Positions 22,606 to 35,600 of a DNA stretch of 64,000 nt are shown here, in pieces. Position 1 is the stretch's first letter; every line of letters begins with the position of its first letter. The notes under the pieces are model-generated. The model saw nothing but the letters and a program-made list of their open reading frames with translations. It did not search any database and was not told where the DNA came from. The position numbers and the translations under genes were made by a program. Location: NCBI GenBank assembly GCA_043228905.1, contig JBHGNT010000006.1, positions 18,600,001 to 18,664,000 of the forward strand, in the 5' to 3' direction. This stretch comes from Azolla caroliniana. Taxonomy: Eukaryota; Plantae; Polypodiophyta.

Positions 22606-25600
22606 TTACTTGTCCGTTGGTCCTATCGGACCCTTACCAGCCTCATTACGGTTTGCCGTTGCCTCATTCTCCCCTGTTACCGGCTTGCCGTCTCCTCCGT
22701 CTTGGTGGTTGCCGTTTCCCTCACAGGTTGTCGTTTCCGCACCGGTTCCCGATCCGGTGTCGGTCCTTTGCTCAAATGGGTTCTTGGGCATCGGTCCTCT
22801 ATATGGCTTCAATCTGAATCCGTTGACCCATTTGGCTAGCACTTCGCCAGCAAGTGTCCCTAACTAGTAGGACCCATTATACTCACGTGTCAGCCAATAC
22901 GGGCCGGTCCATCTAACCCGTAGTTTACCCGGCATCTTGCCCATCCGGGTCTGAAATACTAACACCGGCTTGCCGATTTCGAACATTTTTTCATTTCCTT
23001 TCCTGTGTTGGTCGACAAATGCTTTCCGTCGCCGTTGTTCCAATTCTAAGTGCAGGATGCTTGCTAGTCGTTGTTCCTCGAGTTCACACAGCGCTGTTAA
23101 CCATATTGCCTCCGACTCCTTCTCGTTCAGCCATTCCCGTAGCTGAATCCGTAAGCTTGGTACTTGGAATTCCACCGACATGACCGCCTCTAGTCCGAAC
23201 GCTAACCGGAATGGTGTTGTTCGGATGCTCATTTTGTATACTGTCCGGTATGCCCAAAGTGCGCTATGTAGCTTGGTATCCCAATCCGTTCGGTTTTCGT
23301 TGATGATCTTCCGGAGGATATTCTGGAGCGTTTTGTTCGTCGACTCAGCTAACCCGTTTGCTTGCGGATAGTACGGTGTGCTCCATTTATGCACAACGGC
23401 AAAGAATGTCGTCAAGCTTTCAACTACTTGGCTGAGAAAGTGCCCCCCTTGGTCGCTTATTAATTCGATTGGGCATCCATAACGGCACCAAATGTATTCG
23501 TATAGAAATTTTGCCGTTCACGCAGCGGTGTTGTCTCTTAAGGCTTTGGCCTCCACCCATTTCGTGCAGTAATCCGTCGCGACGATGACGTACCAATTAC
23601 CTGTTCTCATTGTTGGTGGTTTGAACGGTCCAACAAAGTCTAGTCCCCACTTCTGGAATGGTTCGAGTGGTAGTACAGGCTGGTGTGGTATCCGAGCTTG
23701 CTCCGTTGGCTGGCCCATTCGCTGGCATAGGTCACATTCTTTTGCGTACCGTACAGCATCTCTTAATGTAGTTGGCCACCATAGGCCACTTTGCCATATT
23801 TTCCTGGCCGTCGCATCTCCGGCATAGTGACCTTCGGCAACACCGCAGTGGGCTTCCCTCAGTATGAGATCCTTTTCATCGTTGCGCACAGCCCGTCTCC
23901 ATATGCCGTCCGCGCCCTTGTGGTAAAGTGTGTCTCGCAGTAAGCAGAAATGTCGGCTTTGCACCGCCAGGCATTTCCTTTCGTCCCGGTTCATCTCCTC
24001 CGGAGGCAGTCCTGTGCTCAGAAACTGGTGCATATTTGTGAGCCACTTGTCTTCCTGTGCCACCGTCTCATCTGTTGTTGTTTCCGTAGTGACTCGAAAC
24101 AGCTCCGCATCCGGAAACTCGTCCGCTACTCCGTCGCCCGTCTCTCCAGACTCTAATCGGCTTAAATAATCCGCTACGACATGCTGTATACTGGGTCGGT
24201 GGAATATTTCGAACTCGAATTCCTGTAACAGTAAGGCCCACCGGGCCAACTTACCGGTGAGTGACGCCTTGGACACCAGGTAGAGGAGTGCCGAATGATC
24301 TACATGGAAGGAAAACTTCCTTCCCAATAAATAATGCCGAAACTTTGTCACACTGTAGATCATCCCTAGAGCTTCCCGTTCCGTGGTAGAGTAGAGTAGT
24401 TCCGCTTGGCATAGCTTTCGGCTGGCATAGTACACTGGCCGGTACCACTTTGGCTCCGTAAGCTACATCAGTACGCTTCCGATTGCGATGTCGGAGGCGT
24501 CCACGAACACATGAAATTCTTTACTCCAATCCGGAGGCTGCACTACCGGTGCTTGCGACAATAGTACCTTGAGGGCCCTATACGCCCTATCTGCGGTGTC
24601 GGTCCACTGGAATGGTGTTCGATGTACCGCGACATGCAACGGTGTAGCCAGGTCGGCCAAGTATCGGAGCATCCGGCTGTGCCACCAGATCTGGCCTAAG
24701 AACCAGCTCAATGTCGTTGTCGTTGCCGGCGTCGGTGCTTCTAATATGGCTTTCACTTTGTCCGGGTCGACTGCAATGCCTTCCTTGCTCACAATATGTC
24801 CTAGTAGGGTTCCACTGGACACGCCAAAGGTCGGGATATATTCACCAAAGATTTCCATGATGATTCGTTGGAATGTTGCCAGTGCCGTTTTGAGTCCGAA
24901 CATCATCACCACGGCCACAAACACCCCCCATTCGGTGACGAAAGTCATTTTCTCTTGGTCTTCGGGGTGCATACGGATCTGATTATACCCGCTGAATCCG
25001 TCTAGAAAGCTATAGACCTCATGGCCGGCGACGGCATCCAACACTCCATTTGTGAACGAAAGTGGAAACGCATCTGTTACCGTCGCCGCATTGAGTTTCC
25101 GGTAGTCCACACAAACTCGAATTTTTCCGTTCTTCTTCGGTACGACTACGATCGGGCTCAGCCATGTCGCTTTCTTTACCGGACGGATAAAGCCAACTCT
25201 TAGTAGTTTGTCGATTTCCTCCTTGATTCTGGCGGCATAATTGGGATTCATCCGGTACCGTCTTTGTGCCACTGGTTTTGCGTCCTTGCTCAAGTGAATC
25301 TGATGTTGGTATAACTGAGGGTCGAGCCCTCGCATGTCTTCATATGACCAGGCAAACACGTCGCGAAATTCCGTGAGAAGTGTGATCATCGTCGTTTTGT
25401 CTTCGGACTTCATCTCCTTGGCGATGTGCGCCGGTTTTGCTTCGTCCGTGGTCCCTAGGTTCACCTCTTCAAGTTGCGACGCTTTTACGTGCTGTGAAAC
25501 GGCCATTTCCCGTTCCAACGCTTCCTGCACTTGCCATAACTCTCGGATTGCGTCCTTATCCAGTTCTGCTTCAGTCTCTTCCGGCTATGGTAAGTATGGT

Positions 25601-28296
25601 GCTACTTCGTCGAGAATGTCAATTTCGAAGAGGGGTACGATCTTCGGGTTTTCCTGCAAGTACTGAGCTTCTTCTTCATCAGCTAATCTTTCTAGCATGT
25701 TGACGCACTCTGCATACAACGGTGTACATTCCTTGCCAGTGCTCGTCCTTGGCTGTGTTGGTACACGTACCTTGGCTTTTCTTCGCCGGAAGGTAATTAT
25801 ATTTTTCCTCCAATTCTGTTTGATATGTGCCATTTTCAACCACGGCCGCCCCAGCAATAGCGGGTACGCGCCTTGTGCCTGTAATAGTAGCACTACTGTC
25901 GAGATGTGAAATGTATGACCGCCAACGGTGACTTCTAATTTCCGTATTAATCCTGTCGACCGCACTGAGCTTGTATCGGCCATCCGTAACCAGAACGGAC
26001 ACGGCTCCCACTCGTGGATTCCCAGGGCATCACACATCCGAAGGCTTATTACATTCACACCGGAGCCTCCGTCTATTACTGTGTCGGGGAGTTCTTTCCC
26101 TTTTACAATGGCAGTAATTACCGGATTGTTGGTGTCCACCACCGTTGGTCCCTCTTCCGGATTCGAGAAGAGTACCGGTGCCGGTGATGATTCTCCTTCC
26201 CTCATGACTGTCTTCAGTCCTTCCGTGAATCTCGGCACAAGCTGTAGGAGTCTTCCTAGTGGTAACGTAATCTGGCATTCTTGCAACGCCTACCATGTCT
26301 CGTTCTCGGAGTGATTGCCGCCGGCAAGCCCTACGGTGTTCTTCTTTTGCCGCTCTAAGTCTGTTACGTTTTGCTCGTTTGCTTTCTTCACCCATTCCGT
26401 CGCTTGCTTCCGGATGGTCTCCTGCGTCTCCCATTCCTTGGCAATGCCCTTCAACCTTGTGGTCACCTGCTGCAGATCTGCCACTTTAGGGACTACCATA
26501 TTTACTGCCGGTCGTTTGTCATAGCTCTTCACCGGGCATTGATTACTATAATGGCCTTCCTGTCGGCAGTAGTAGCAATACGCTTTCCGGGTATTGTTGG
26601 ATTCAGCATTGTTTGTTGTACCCGGGGCAGGTCCTGTGGTAAGCACGGGGTTTTGGGCCGGTTGGCTGCTTGAAGCTCCTTGTTCTGGATCCTGTGGGTG
26701 GCCGCTATTTTTGAAATGTCGTTTTTTGTTATAGTTCTTATTGCGGTACTCTTGACGAGGTTGGTCGTTATATCTGCCATATTCCTCCCGTTGCTGACGA
26801 TACCCGGGGGAGTGCTCCCAGTCGTAATGTTCGTATCATCTATTGTAATCCCGGTACCGATCATTTCTATCGTGCCGGTCATAGTTATCCCGCCGATCAT
26901 CGTACCGAACATCATTCTCACGTCGATCGCCATACCGGACATCCTGTGCCGGTCGGTATCGGTCCATTCGCCGCCATCGTTCCTCTTCTTCATCCCGGCT
27001 GCTGCGTGCCTCTATTTGTTGGACGGGCGGTGCTTGCCGGTTCAATAGATTATACTCGCACCTATCCATCGTATGGCCCTTGGATTGACAGATTACACAT
27101 TGCGTCCTCATAGTGCATTCTAGTGCCGAGTGTCCGGAATTCAAGCAGGTTGTGCACTGTATTGCTTGCCGAAACCGGAGGTCTTCATCGGACGGTAACG
27201 CCCGTTGGAGTGCTCCCAGTGTGAGCCAGGAGCTTGTCTTTTCCATCTCTCTCACCCAGTCAATGACCTGGTCGATGGTAGTTGCGCGGAAGTCAATTAC
27301 CGTGCAAACCGTGCGTAGGGGTTCCCGAAGCGCATTTAGGAATATAGTCCGTAATTCCTCCTCCAGGGGTGCGCGGGCAAGCTAACTATGCATCCGTTGA
27401 AACCGGATGACAAACTGGGGAATGCTCTCCCCTTCCTCCTGTCGGATGGTATAAAACAAGCCCACCATTACTGTCTGGTCCACCTCCTTCTGGAAAAAAT
27501 GCAAGAATTTAGCTTTTAAATCTGCGAAGGTGGTGATGGTAGACGGGTCCTGCGTCCGGCGCCACCTTGTTGCCGGTCCCTCCAATGTGACGCCCAATTC
27601 CGCTATCTTAGAGCGTTCCTCTTCCTCCGGGGTCAATCGCTGGGACACATGGTTTGCTTCCCATGTCTGTTCAAAGGCATGAACATGAGCTTCCGCTTCC
27701 AGATCATCTCTATACTTGGAGTATTGGAACGGCATGTCGTCGTCCGGTATCGGTGCGCGGGTTGGTGGTGTTAGTGGTCGTTCCTGGTTTGTCTCCGGCG
27801 TCGGTGGTCTTTCCTCTTCTTTTGGTGATGAAGGCCTCTCCTCCTCGACTTCCGGTGTCGGAGGTCACTCTTCCTCTGCTTCTGGTTCCGGAGGTTCCAG
27901 CCTTAGCACTTCTGGTTCCGGTGTTGGTAAGGTTTCCGATCCTTCGTCCTCCGGTCCGCCTGGGATGTCGTTGCTGCTACGGTAGTTCGTGTGCACGTTG
28001 TATCGCCCTTTGGAATCCGATTCATACGCTGAAAATGCTTCTGCTTTGCCTTCTCCGCTTGCCAACGCCTGGAGAAGGGATTCGGTTTCCCAGAGGCTGC
28101 TTAGGCTGCTGCCGTCATCCGGGTGCGATGTTTGCTGTAACCAGAGGGACTCCTTCGCTACTCTCCAGATTACGTTGGAAAACGAGCGATCCGCTCTAAT
28201 TTCCTGCGCCGCTTGCTGGAAATCCTCACGTCTCCTTTGCCTTTCGGCAAGGTGTCGAGTTCGATCTGTAACCAGGTCGTGCGTAGATCTAGTCAT
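22606..28296 (-). pseudogene. C gag-pol (zinc knuckles, protease, RT with deletion, RNase H, integrase)
   Basis: CTTCLNSGHSALEC, CYYCRQEGHYSNQC, VIDGGSGVNV, and RT/RH/INT closely matching A; several stops. Confidence 0.92.
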
Positions 28297-28330
28297 CCAT
28301 TCATGCCGTCGTTCGCTGCAAAAACAGGAA

Positions 28331-28342
28331 TCGTGGTCGCCA
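28331..28342 (-). promoter_or_regulatory. Primer binding site, probably tRNA-Arg (element C)
   Basis: TGGCGACCACGA 7 nt after the 5' LTR; complements a GTGGTCGCCA tRNA-Arg-type 3' end. Confidence 0.7.
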
Positions 28343-28349
28343 AAAACTA

Positions 28350-28784
28350 TGTTAACTCTTAGGGCCAGACAATGGCCTAACATAGGGTGTCTATGGAAGA
28401 CACTTCACCAAAGGGGTGTTACGACAAGAGGATTAGGCTCAATGATTAATCCGATTTAATTAGGTTACTTAGCAAGATCGTCCTTAATAATCACACGTGT
28501 AAGATATAACAATGAATGTAGAACGGCAATTAACACACAGAGATAAAAACACTAAGCTTCATTAATTATCCGTTGCTCATTACATTGTATCCGGGCCTTT
28601 AAATAGGTTTCCAGTTTGTAGTACAAAACGGTGCCATCCGCACCTGTTCGGGATCGGTCCGGATCCGGAATGGCATACCGATTCCGGTCTGTCCATCCAC
28701 ACTAATAGCTTACTAACAACCATTCCTTAATAATTAAATAACTCCTTCATTTCACACTCTGGACTCCTATGCCGGCCGGTAACA
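28350..28784 (-). repeat. 5' LTR of C
   Basis: Copy of 18941-19373, adjacent to the PBS. Confidence 0.93.
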
Positions 28785-29745
28785 GGACAAGAAGAATGTA
28801 TTTCTTCAAGGCGATCTTGGAGAAGAGGTCTTTATGACCCAACCCCTCGGTATCCCGTCGAAGATGAACAAGTCAGTGGTATGCCGGTTGAAGAAGTCAC
28901 TTTATGGCCTGAAGCAAGCCCCCCGAGCTTCGAATGCGAAGATCACGCACCGATTGCATAAGGTGGGGTTTGTGGCCTCCAAGTTCGACTCTTTGTTGTT
29001 CATCCGGCAAGGTCTAGACGGTCCGGTTTGCATCTTGCTGTATGTTGATGATGTAGTCCTCACCGGACCCGAACTCGATAAAATCAGCCAAGTCAAGCCC
29101 CAGTTGTCAGACGCATTTGAGATGAAGGACCTGGGGAACCTTCACTATTTCCTTTGGATTGAGGTGATCCGAACCCCCGACAGCATATTGCTCTCACAAA
29201 CACACTATGTGTTGAATATACTATACAAGTTTGGCATGACTGAATGCCGACCGATCTCCACACCTCTGGACCGGAACCAAAAGCTCTGGACCGGCCTGCG
29301 ATGAGAAGCGATTCCGACAAATCGTCAGAAGCCTTATATATCTGACAATCACCCGACCCGACATCAGTTATCCAATCGAAGTGACCAGCCAATTCATCGA
29401 CAAGCCGACCATAGAGCACCTTCAGTGCCCACACCAGATACTCCGGTATGTGAGCGGCACGAAGGACCGGGGACTGTTATACCGACATGGTATAACTGAA
29501 GATCTAGTCGGCTACACCGATGCCGACTGGGCCGGCGATTCATCGGATCGCCGATCCACCTCCGGCTATATGTTTTCCCTTGGTAGCGCCGCTATTGTGT
29601 GGAGCAGCAAAAAGCAGCCAACAGTGGCCCTTTCAAGCATTGAGGCCGAATATCAGGGCGCTACCATTGCCACCTGTGAAGCCATTTGACTTCGGCGACT
29701 GTTGCAAGACCTGCAGATCGAGGTGCCGATCCCAATCTACTGCGG
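28785..29745 (+). pseudogene. B RT-RNase H remainder; RNase H C-terminus deleted
   Basis: [29 protein letters not shown]; breaks off after PIYC. Confidence 0.87.
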
Positions 29746-29870
29746 AACGGGACCAGACTGAACGAAGAGCGCGAGCGAGGCGAAGTGATGCCAAAAGGAG
29801 CCGGGTAGAAAGATCGGCTGCCATGGAGACTTACGCTACAATCCGACCTTAAGTTGAGCTTGAGGGGGAG

Positions 29871-30303
29871 TGTTGAGTAGCAAGGTCAACCGGATCCGGA
29901 TCGGCTGAATAAGCCTAAGCCGAATCGGCATCCGGAAGGATGAGCCGAATCGGTGAGCAAGTGAGCCGGTGAGCTGGGGAGCCGGTTAGCCGGATCGAGC
30001 AGTAACCAGAAGCCTAGTAGCATCCTACACTACTAGGTAGTTAATGACTCGTAGTTAGTGTCAGACGCTCGTGTGAGCATTGAAGTACATTGTACTTCTG
30101 TCAGTCCTCTTAGGACTTGTATAAATAGTGTTGTTTAGCACGTTGTATGTACAGAGAATTTTACAGAGTTGTTGACAATAGATCTAAGTTGTTCTACTCT
30201 TTCTCTGTCTCTCCTACATACCTTCTGTGTGTTAATCTCTCCCTCTCTCTGTTGCTATCCAGCTAAGCCGGTTGTCTAATGCTTCCATGCCTTCATTTTC
30301 ACA
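29871..30303 (+). repeat. Shared LTR: 3' LTR of B and 5' LTR of tandem unit B2
   Basis: Preceded by a PPT and followed by PBS TGGTATCAAAGC (30304) and a second gag. Confidence 0.88.
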
Positions 30304-30946
30304 TGGTATCAAAGCGCAAGGGTTGAGAACCTCTGCAAACGACATCGGCATTTGAAGACAAACCCTAAGACCCGGTAAGAGCAGAAAGAGAAGTGATGGA
30401 CAGAGGAATAGTTAGCTCGCTCCCAGTGGAGAAGCCCGACAGTTCCAAGTATGCATCTTGGTCATACAAGATGCACCAGTACCTACTTGGGCATGGTTAC
30501 TAGAGCTATGTCGACGGCGCTAATGACACAGCACCTGATGCGGCACACAAGGAGTTCCCAATGTGGGAACAAGCGGCAAGCAGAGCGATGTACTACTTTG
30601 CGTCCAGTGTCGGAGACCAGCTATTGAGCCATGTCCGAGATGCCAAGATGCCAAAAGAAGCTTGGGGAAACTTGAAGAAGGTTTTCACAGCAAGCACTAC
30701 GGCCTGGAAGCTGCAACTCCGAGAGGAGTTGAGCAATGTCCGATAGAAGGACATGTCAATAGCCGATTACACGGCCCGAATCAAAGAGATCTGTGACTCA
30801 CTTGCCTCTATCAATGTCACTGTAAAGGAAGATGAGATGGTGCAGATCTGTCTTGGGGGCCTAGCGTCTAAGTTCAGAGCGTTCCGAACGGCGGTATGTA
30901 CAAGGGAGAATATGCCGTCATTTTTCGACTTACAGTCGATGCTCCT
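30304..30946 (+). pseudogene. B2: PBS, leader and gag of a second copia unit, cut by E
   Basis: Collinear copy of 10324-10950. Confidence 0.88.
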
Positions 30947-31445
30947 TGTTAACCGTTTCTAGGGAATTACCTTCAATGAGCCCACAGGCTATCGGTGTCA
31001 AGGGATCGTGTTACGTGGAAGCCTCTTTTACACGGGGAAAAGGAAGGAGAACGGGGAGCGTACATGGGCTACAACCCATTAGGCATAAACGTAGCTCGAT
31101 TTACGAGCACGGGGAGAATACCCAGATAGAAGATTAGAAAAAACGAAACTTATATTAAATGATAAAGCTCACAGCGATTACAGTACTCGGCTCTCAGCCG
31201 GAAATAGTTCGTACAGAGCTTGCTACTAGGATAATACTCTCGCTAAGACTGATCTAGATAATCCCCCATGTCGAGGTATGCATAACTCGGGTTATATAGT
31301 TTTTCCTCTTGAGACAGAGCCAAGCCATCAGCTTATTGTGAGGGCTAAAACATGGCTATTTCTAGTCTTACCTATTTCCTCACCTACTCTTCTACCTAAC
31401 GGCGAGTTTACATAATATATTTATATTTCTGGCCTATGGACAACA
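30947..31445 (-). repeat. 3' LTR of E
   Basis: TGTTAAC...CAACA; interrupts B2 gag; adjacent internal motif matches A and C. Confidence 0.8.
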
Positions 31446-31856
31446 CCTGGCACGCCTGTGGGATAGGACATTGTCTGTCGGACCCACGGTGCACCATGTG
31501 GAGGGGTAACCATGGATTTGGCAAAAACAAAACAAATTACAAAAATTGCCCGTTTATACGAGGGCTTATAGGTTTGTTTTATTCCTCTTCCAATATGCCG
31601 AGGATATCCTCAGGGGCGTGGGGTTGGTCTGGCTGCTCGGAAGGTGGGATTGGTGATCGAGGTTTTGTTGCCGAGTTGGGGATGGTTGTGTCATCGTGTG
31701 CGCCCTCCTTCGTTGGGACCGATTTAGGCAGGGTCATGGTTGTAGTCTATGGCTCGAGTGGGATGTGGGGGCCTGTTGGGGCAGGTTCCTCCAGTCTGGC
31801 TTCCGTGGTGGGTGGCTTGGGTCCTTGCTCGTTGGTCATGGGAGCTCTGTTAATCC

Positions 31857-31949
31857 TGTAAAAAGTAACGTGCGGAAGCAAGTGTGAAGACCAAACAAGA
31901 GGAAGAAAACTCAGGTTCAATGGAGAGCTTGAGCTTACGCAGTATACGT

Positions 31950-31988
<39 letters not shown>

Positions 31989-32322
31989 CACACGAACTAT
32001 ATTCAACAAGAACAACCCAATCTCTATTCACCACACTCTATACATATGTGTGTTCAATGAACACTTTTATACAAGACCTAGAAGGACTGACCGAAGTACT
32101 AACAGTACTTCAATACTCATTAAGAGCTCCTACACTAACTCCCAAATATATTCCTCACGAAATATCTTTCCTAACGGTCTCCCGGTTTACGCACCGATCC
32201 GGCCCTACCTACGCACCGGTCTGCGTACCGGTTTACGCATTCGGCCTAACCAATCGGTCCCAACCGATCCGGTCCTCGGCTTCTTCAGCCGATCCGGCCG
32301 ATGTTGAGCTTGTCTCTCAACA
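31857..32322 (-). repeat. 3' LTR of F
   Basis: Copy of 38125-38616 with a shorter (GA)n. Confidence 0.93.
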
Positions 32323-32656
32323 CTCCCCCTCAAGCTCAACTTGAGGCTCTTCAGGATCTTCGGGCTCACAGCTCCGGTTCCTCCTGGCTTCACGCCTCGC
32401 TCGCGCTCCACGGCCTGTTTGACTCCGCGCGCTTCGACCCTTCCGGTTGGCTTGTCTGCTCATGTGGCCCTTATAAGCTCTTCTGCTGTTGCGGTGTTGA
32501 CGCTTCTCCTGCTGCCTTTTCTTCCGCTTGGGCCTCGGTTGATTCAGCGTATCTGAATCAAACATTCGAACCAACTCGGCTACCTCCGATCGGTTTTCGC
32601 TCTCGTCCGAGTTGGCTGTCTCCAACTTGTCTTCGGTCTTCTCACCCTCGGTGGCG

Positions 32657-35600
32657 TCATCTTCCCCATGCATGGTTGGCTTCGGCTCTCTCCTTCGGTT
32701 GCTCCCCCTTCTGTCCGCTTCCGGACTTTTTCGTGGGTCCGCCCTCGGCTTCTTCAGCCGATCCGAAGTCCAACTTGACAACCGAGTCAACCGACTCGGT
32801 GTCGCGGTCTCCGCTCCTTTCCTGCTGCCTTGCTTGGTCGTTCGGGACTGTTCTCCCCCTCAAGTTTGGCACATCGAGTTGACGCAATCCGAGCGCACTT
32901 GAGAATTGCCACAACTTGTCCAGACCAAGAAGCTTGGTGAAGATGTCAACAGTCTGCCGATCCGTCGGAACGTACTGAAGTTCGACTTCACCGGAGAGGA
33001 CACGCTCACGGACGAAATGGTAATGCACCTCAATGTGCTTGGTCCGTGCGTGGAAAATGAGGTTTTTCACGAGCTCGATGCTGCTGAGGTTGTCACAGTA
33101 GATCGTCGTCGGATCTGACACCTCCGCTTGCAGGTCCCTAAGCAGTCCTTTCAACCATATGGCTTCGCATGTCGCGACAGCCGCTCCTCGGTACTCAGCT
33201 TCGGTGCTCGACAATGCAACTGTCGGCTACTTCTTACTCCTCCACGCAATCGCGGCACTCCCGAGGGAGAACGCGTATCCGGACGTGGATCGGCGATCGG
33301 CGGCGTTGCCAGCCCAATCAGCATCGGTGTAGCCGACTAACTGGGCGGCTGCACCACTTAGTGCCGTTGACATACCAAAGTATGCGTTGCGAACACTGAA
33401 GGTGCTCCTCGGTAGGTCGCGCCATGAACTGACTAATCACTCCGACCGGATAACTGAGGTCAGGTCAGGTGATGGTCAAGTATATGAGGCTTCCGACAAT
33501 TTGTCGAAACCTCGTCGGGTCGCATACCTTTCCCGTATCGGGACGAAGCTTGACGGTTCTGTCCAGAGAAGTCAAGACAGGCTTACAGTTGGCCATCCCA
33601 AATTTGAAGAGCATACTGAGCAGGTAATGACATTGGCTGATCAATATGCCTTCGGGGGTACGGATCACTTCGATCCCAAGGAAGTCATGAAGGTCCCCCA
33701 GATCCTTCATGTCGAACGATGCCGCAAGCTGGATCTTCACGCGGTCGATTTCTCCTAAGTCGGCGTCGGTGATGACCAAGTCATCAACATATAGCAAAAT
33801 ACTAACCGGTCTGAGTCGACCTTTCCAAATGAACAGGGAAGAGTTCGATTTTGACGTGACGAAGCCCATCCGACGCAATTATTGCGTGATCTTCACATTC
33901 CAGGCACGCGGGGCTTGCTTCAGTCCGTAAAGGGACTTCTTCAGTCGGCATATTGCCGAGGAGTTCGTTCCTAAGTGAAATTCGGGGGGTTATACCATGT
34001 ACACCTGTTCCTCAAGGTCACCTTGCAAGAACGCATTCTTTACATCCATCTGATGTAAGTGCCACCCCTTCGCCGCAGCTACTACGAGCAAAACACGGAC
34101 GGTCGTCATTTTCGCGACCGGCGCAAACGTCTCATCGTAGTCGATGCTGTGTTTCTGCGCATAGCCCTTTGCCACTAGCCGAGCCTTGTACCGGTTGACC
34201 GAGCCATCTGTGTTGTACTTGACCTTGTACACCCACCTACACCCGATCGGTTTTACCCCTGTTGATGCGTCAACCAGGTCCCAGGTCTCGTTGTCCGCCA
34301 ATGCGTGCATCTCTTCCTCCATCGTGGCACGCCAATTCGCGTCTATAGCCACTTTTGCGTAGCTCTCCGGCTCACGCACTTCCGCTACACGGGTCATGTA
34401 CGCATAATGATGCGCCATGTACTCATTGTATCCGAACCGCAAAACCGGATTCTTCTGGCGGGTAGATCGGCGTAATCTCACATTAGCCGATGTCGAGGCC
34501 TTCTCGGTCAATGCGGTCTCCACCTTTAAAGACTCGTCACCGGTTCCCTCAGAGTCGGACTCGCATCGGCTTGACTCGTTCTTATCCGTGACGGAATCCG
34601 ACACCTTCTTCTTCCCTTTCTCTTTGCGTGTAATCCGTCTCCTCGACTTCCTTTGCGGGGAATGCACGGCCGAGTCTCCAGTACTCGCCGGCTCTTCATC
34701 GGACTGATCGTACCGACTCAGTCATCCAATCGGTCCACTTAAACGGAGTGAAATCGGACTCTCTTCTCGGGTCTCGATTTCGGCCTCGCTGACCTCATCG
34801 TCAGAACACGGATTGGAGTCGGGGTTCGGAGTCGGGGGCTGGTACCAGGACGCGGACTCGTCAACCATAACGTCACGGCTAACACGCGCTTGTTTGGTGC
34901 GAGGGTTATAGCACTTATAACCCTTCTGCTCGTCCGAGTAACCGACCAAGATGCATTTCTCGGCCTTTGTGTCTAGCTTCCTCCTTTTCTCCTTCGGTAC
35001 ATGCACATATGCAATGCTACCGAACACCCTCAAGTGTCGCAAGTTTGGCTTCGTTCCGAAATATAGCTCGTGCGCTGACACTTTGTCTCCGATCCGGTTC
35101 TGGATGTATACCGCGCATAGTATGAACCATGCGTACCATTCGTGCATTCGTGTTCGAGAATGATTCAATCACTCGAGAATGATAAACACTCTCGAAGAAT
35201 GATAAATACCATACTTTTGGATAAATGGTTTACTATAAGGTAAACATTTTTTCACGGAAAAAAAATTTTAAAAATTGCAAAAAAAAAACATATTACCTTC
35301 TTAATAACAATATGCTTTTTTTCGTAAATTCTAATAACAACTACCCAAAATGCCTAGTCTCCAAAAAAATCCTCAATGAGGTGTTACATCAAAACGAGCA
35401 TTCCTAATCTTCATTCAAGGTGATATCATCATCTTCAAAATCATCATCCTCAAAATCATCATCCTCATCTTGTGCATTATCATCAAGATAAGACATCACA
35501 TTGGTGAGGCTCTCATTTTCATCAACTTCTTGTGCTTCTTGTTCATCAATTTCTGAAAGATGAAATTTCATCACTGAAATTTCAGAAATTTCAATCAAAA

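Larger units (their letters stand above)
18941..28784 (-). mobile_element. Ty3/gypsy element C, full length (A-like, with extra ORF)
   Basis: LTRs 18941-19373 and 28350-28784, TSD GGACG/GGACA, PBS TGGCGACCACGA, order gag-PR-RT-RH-INT-extra ORF on the minus strand. Confidence 0.94.
9898..30303 (+). mobile_element. Ty1/copia element B, decayed, interrupted by D and C
   Basis: LTRs 9898-10323 and 29871-30303, PBS TGGTATCAGAGC 10324-10335, PPT GAGGGGGAG before 29871. Coding sequence resumes across both insertions. Confidence 0.88.
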
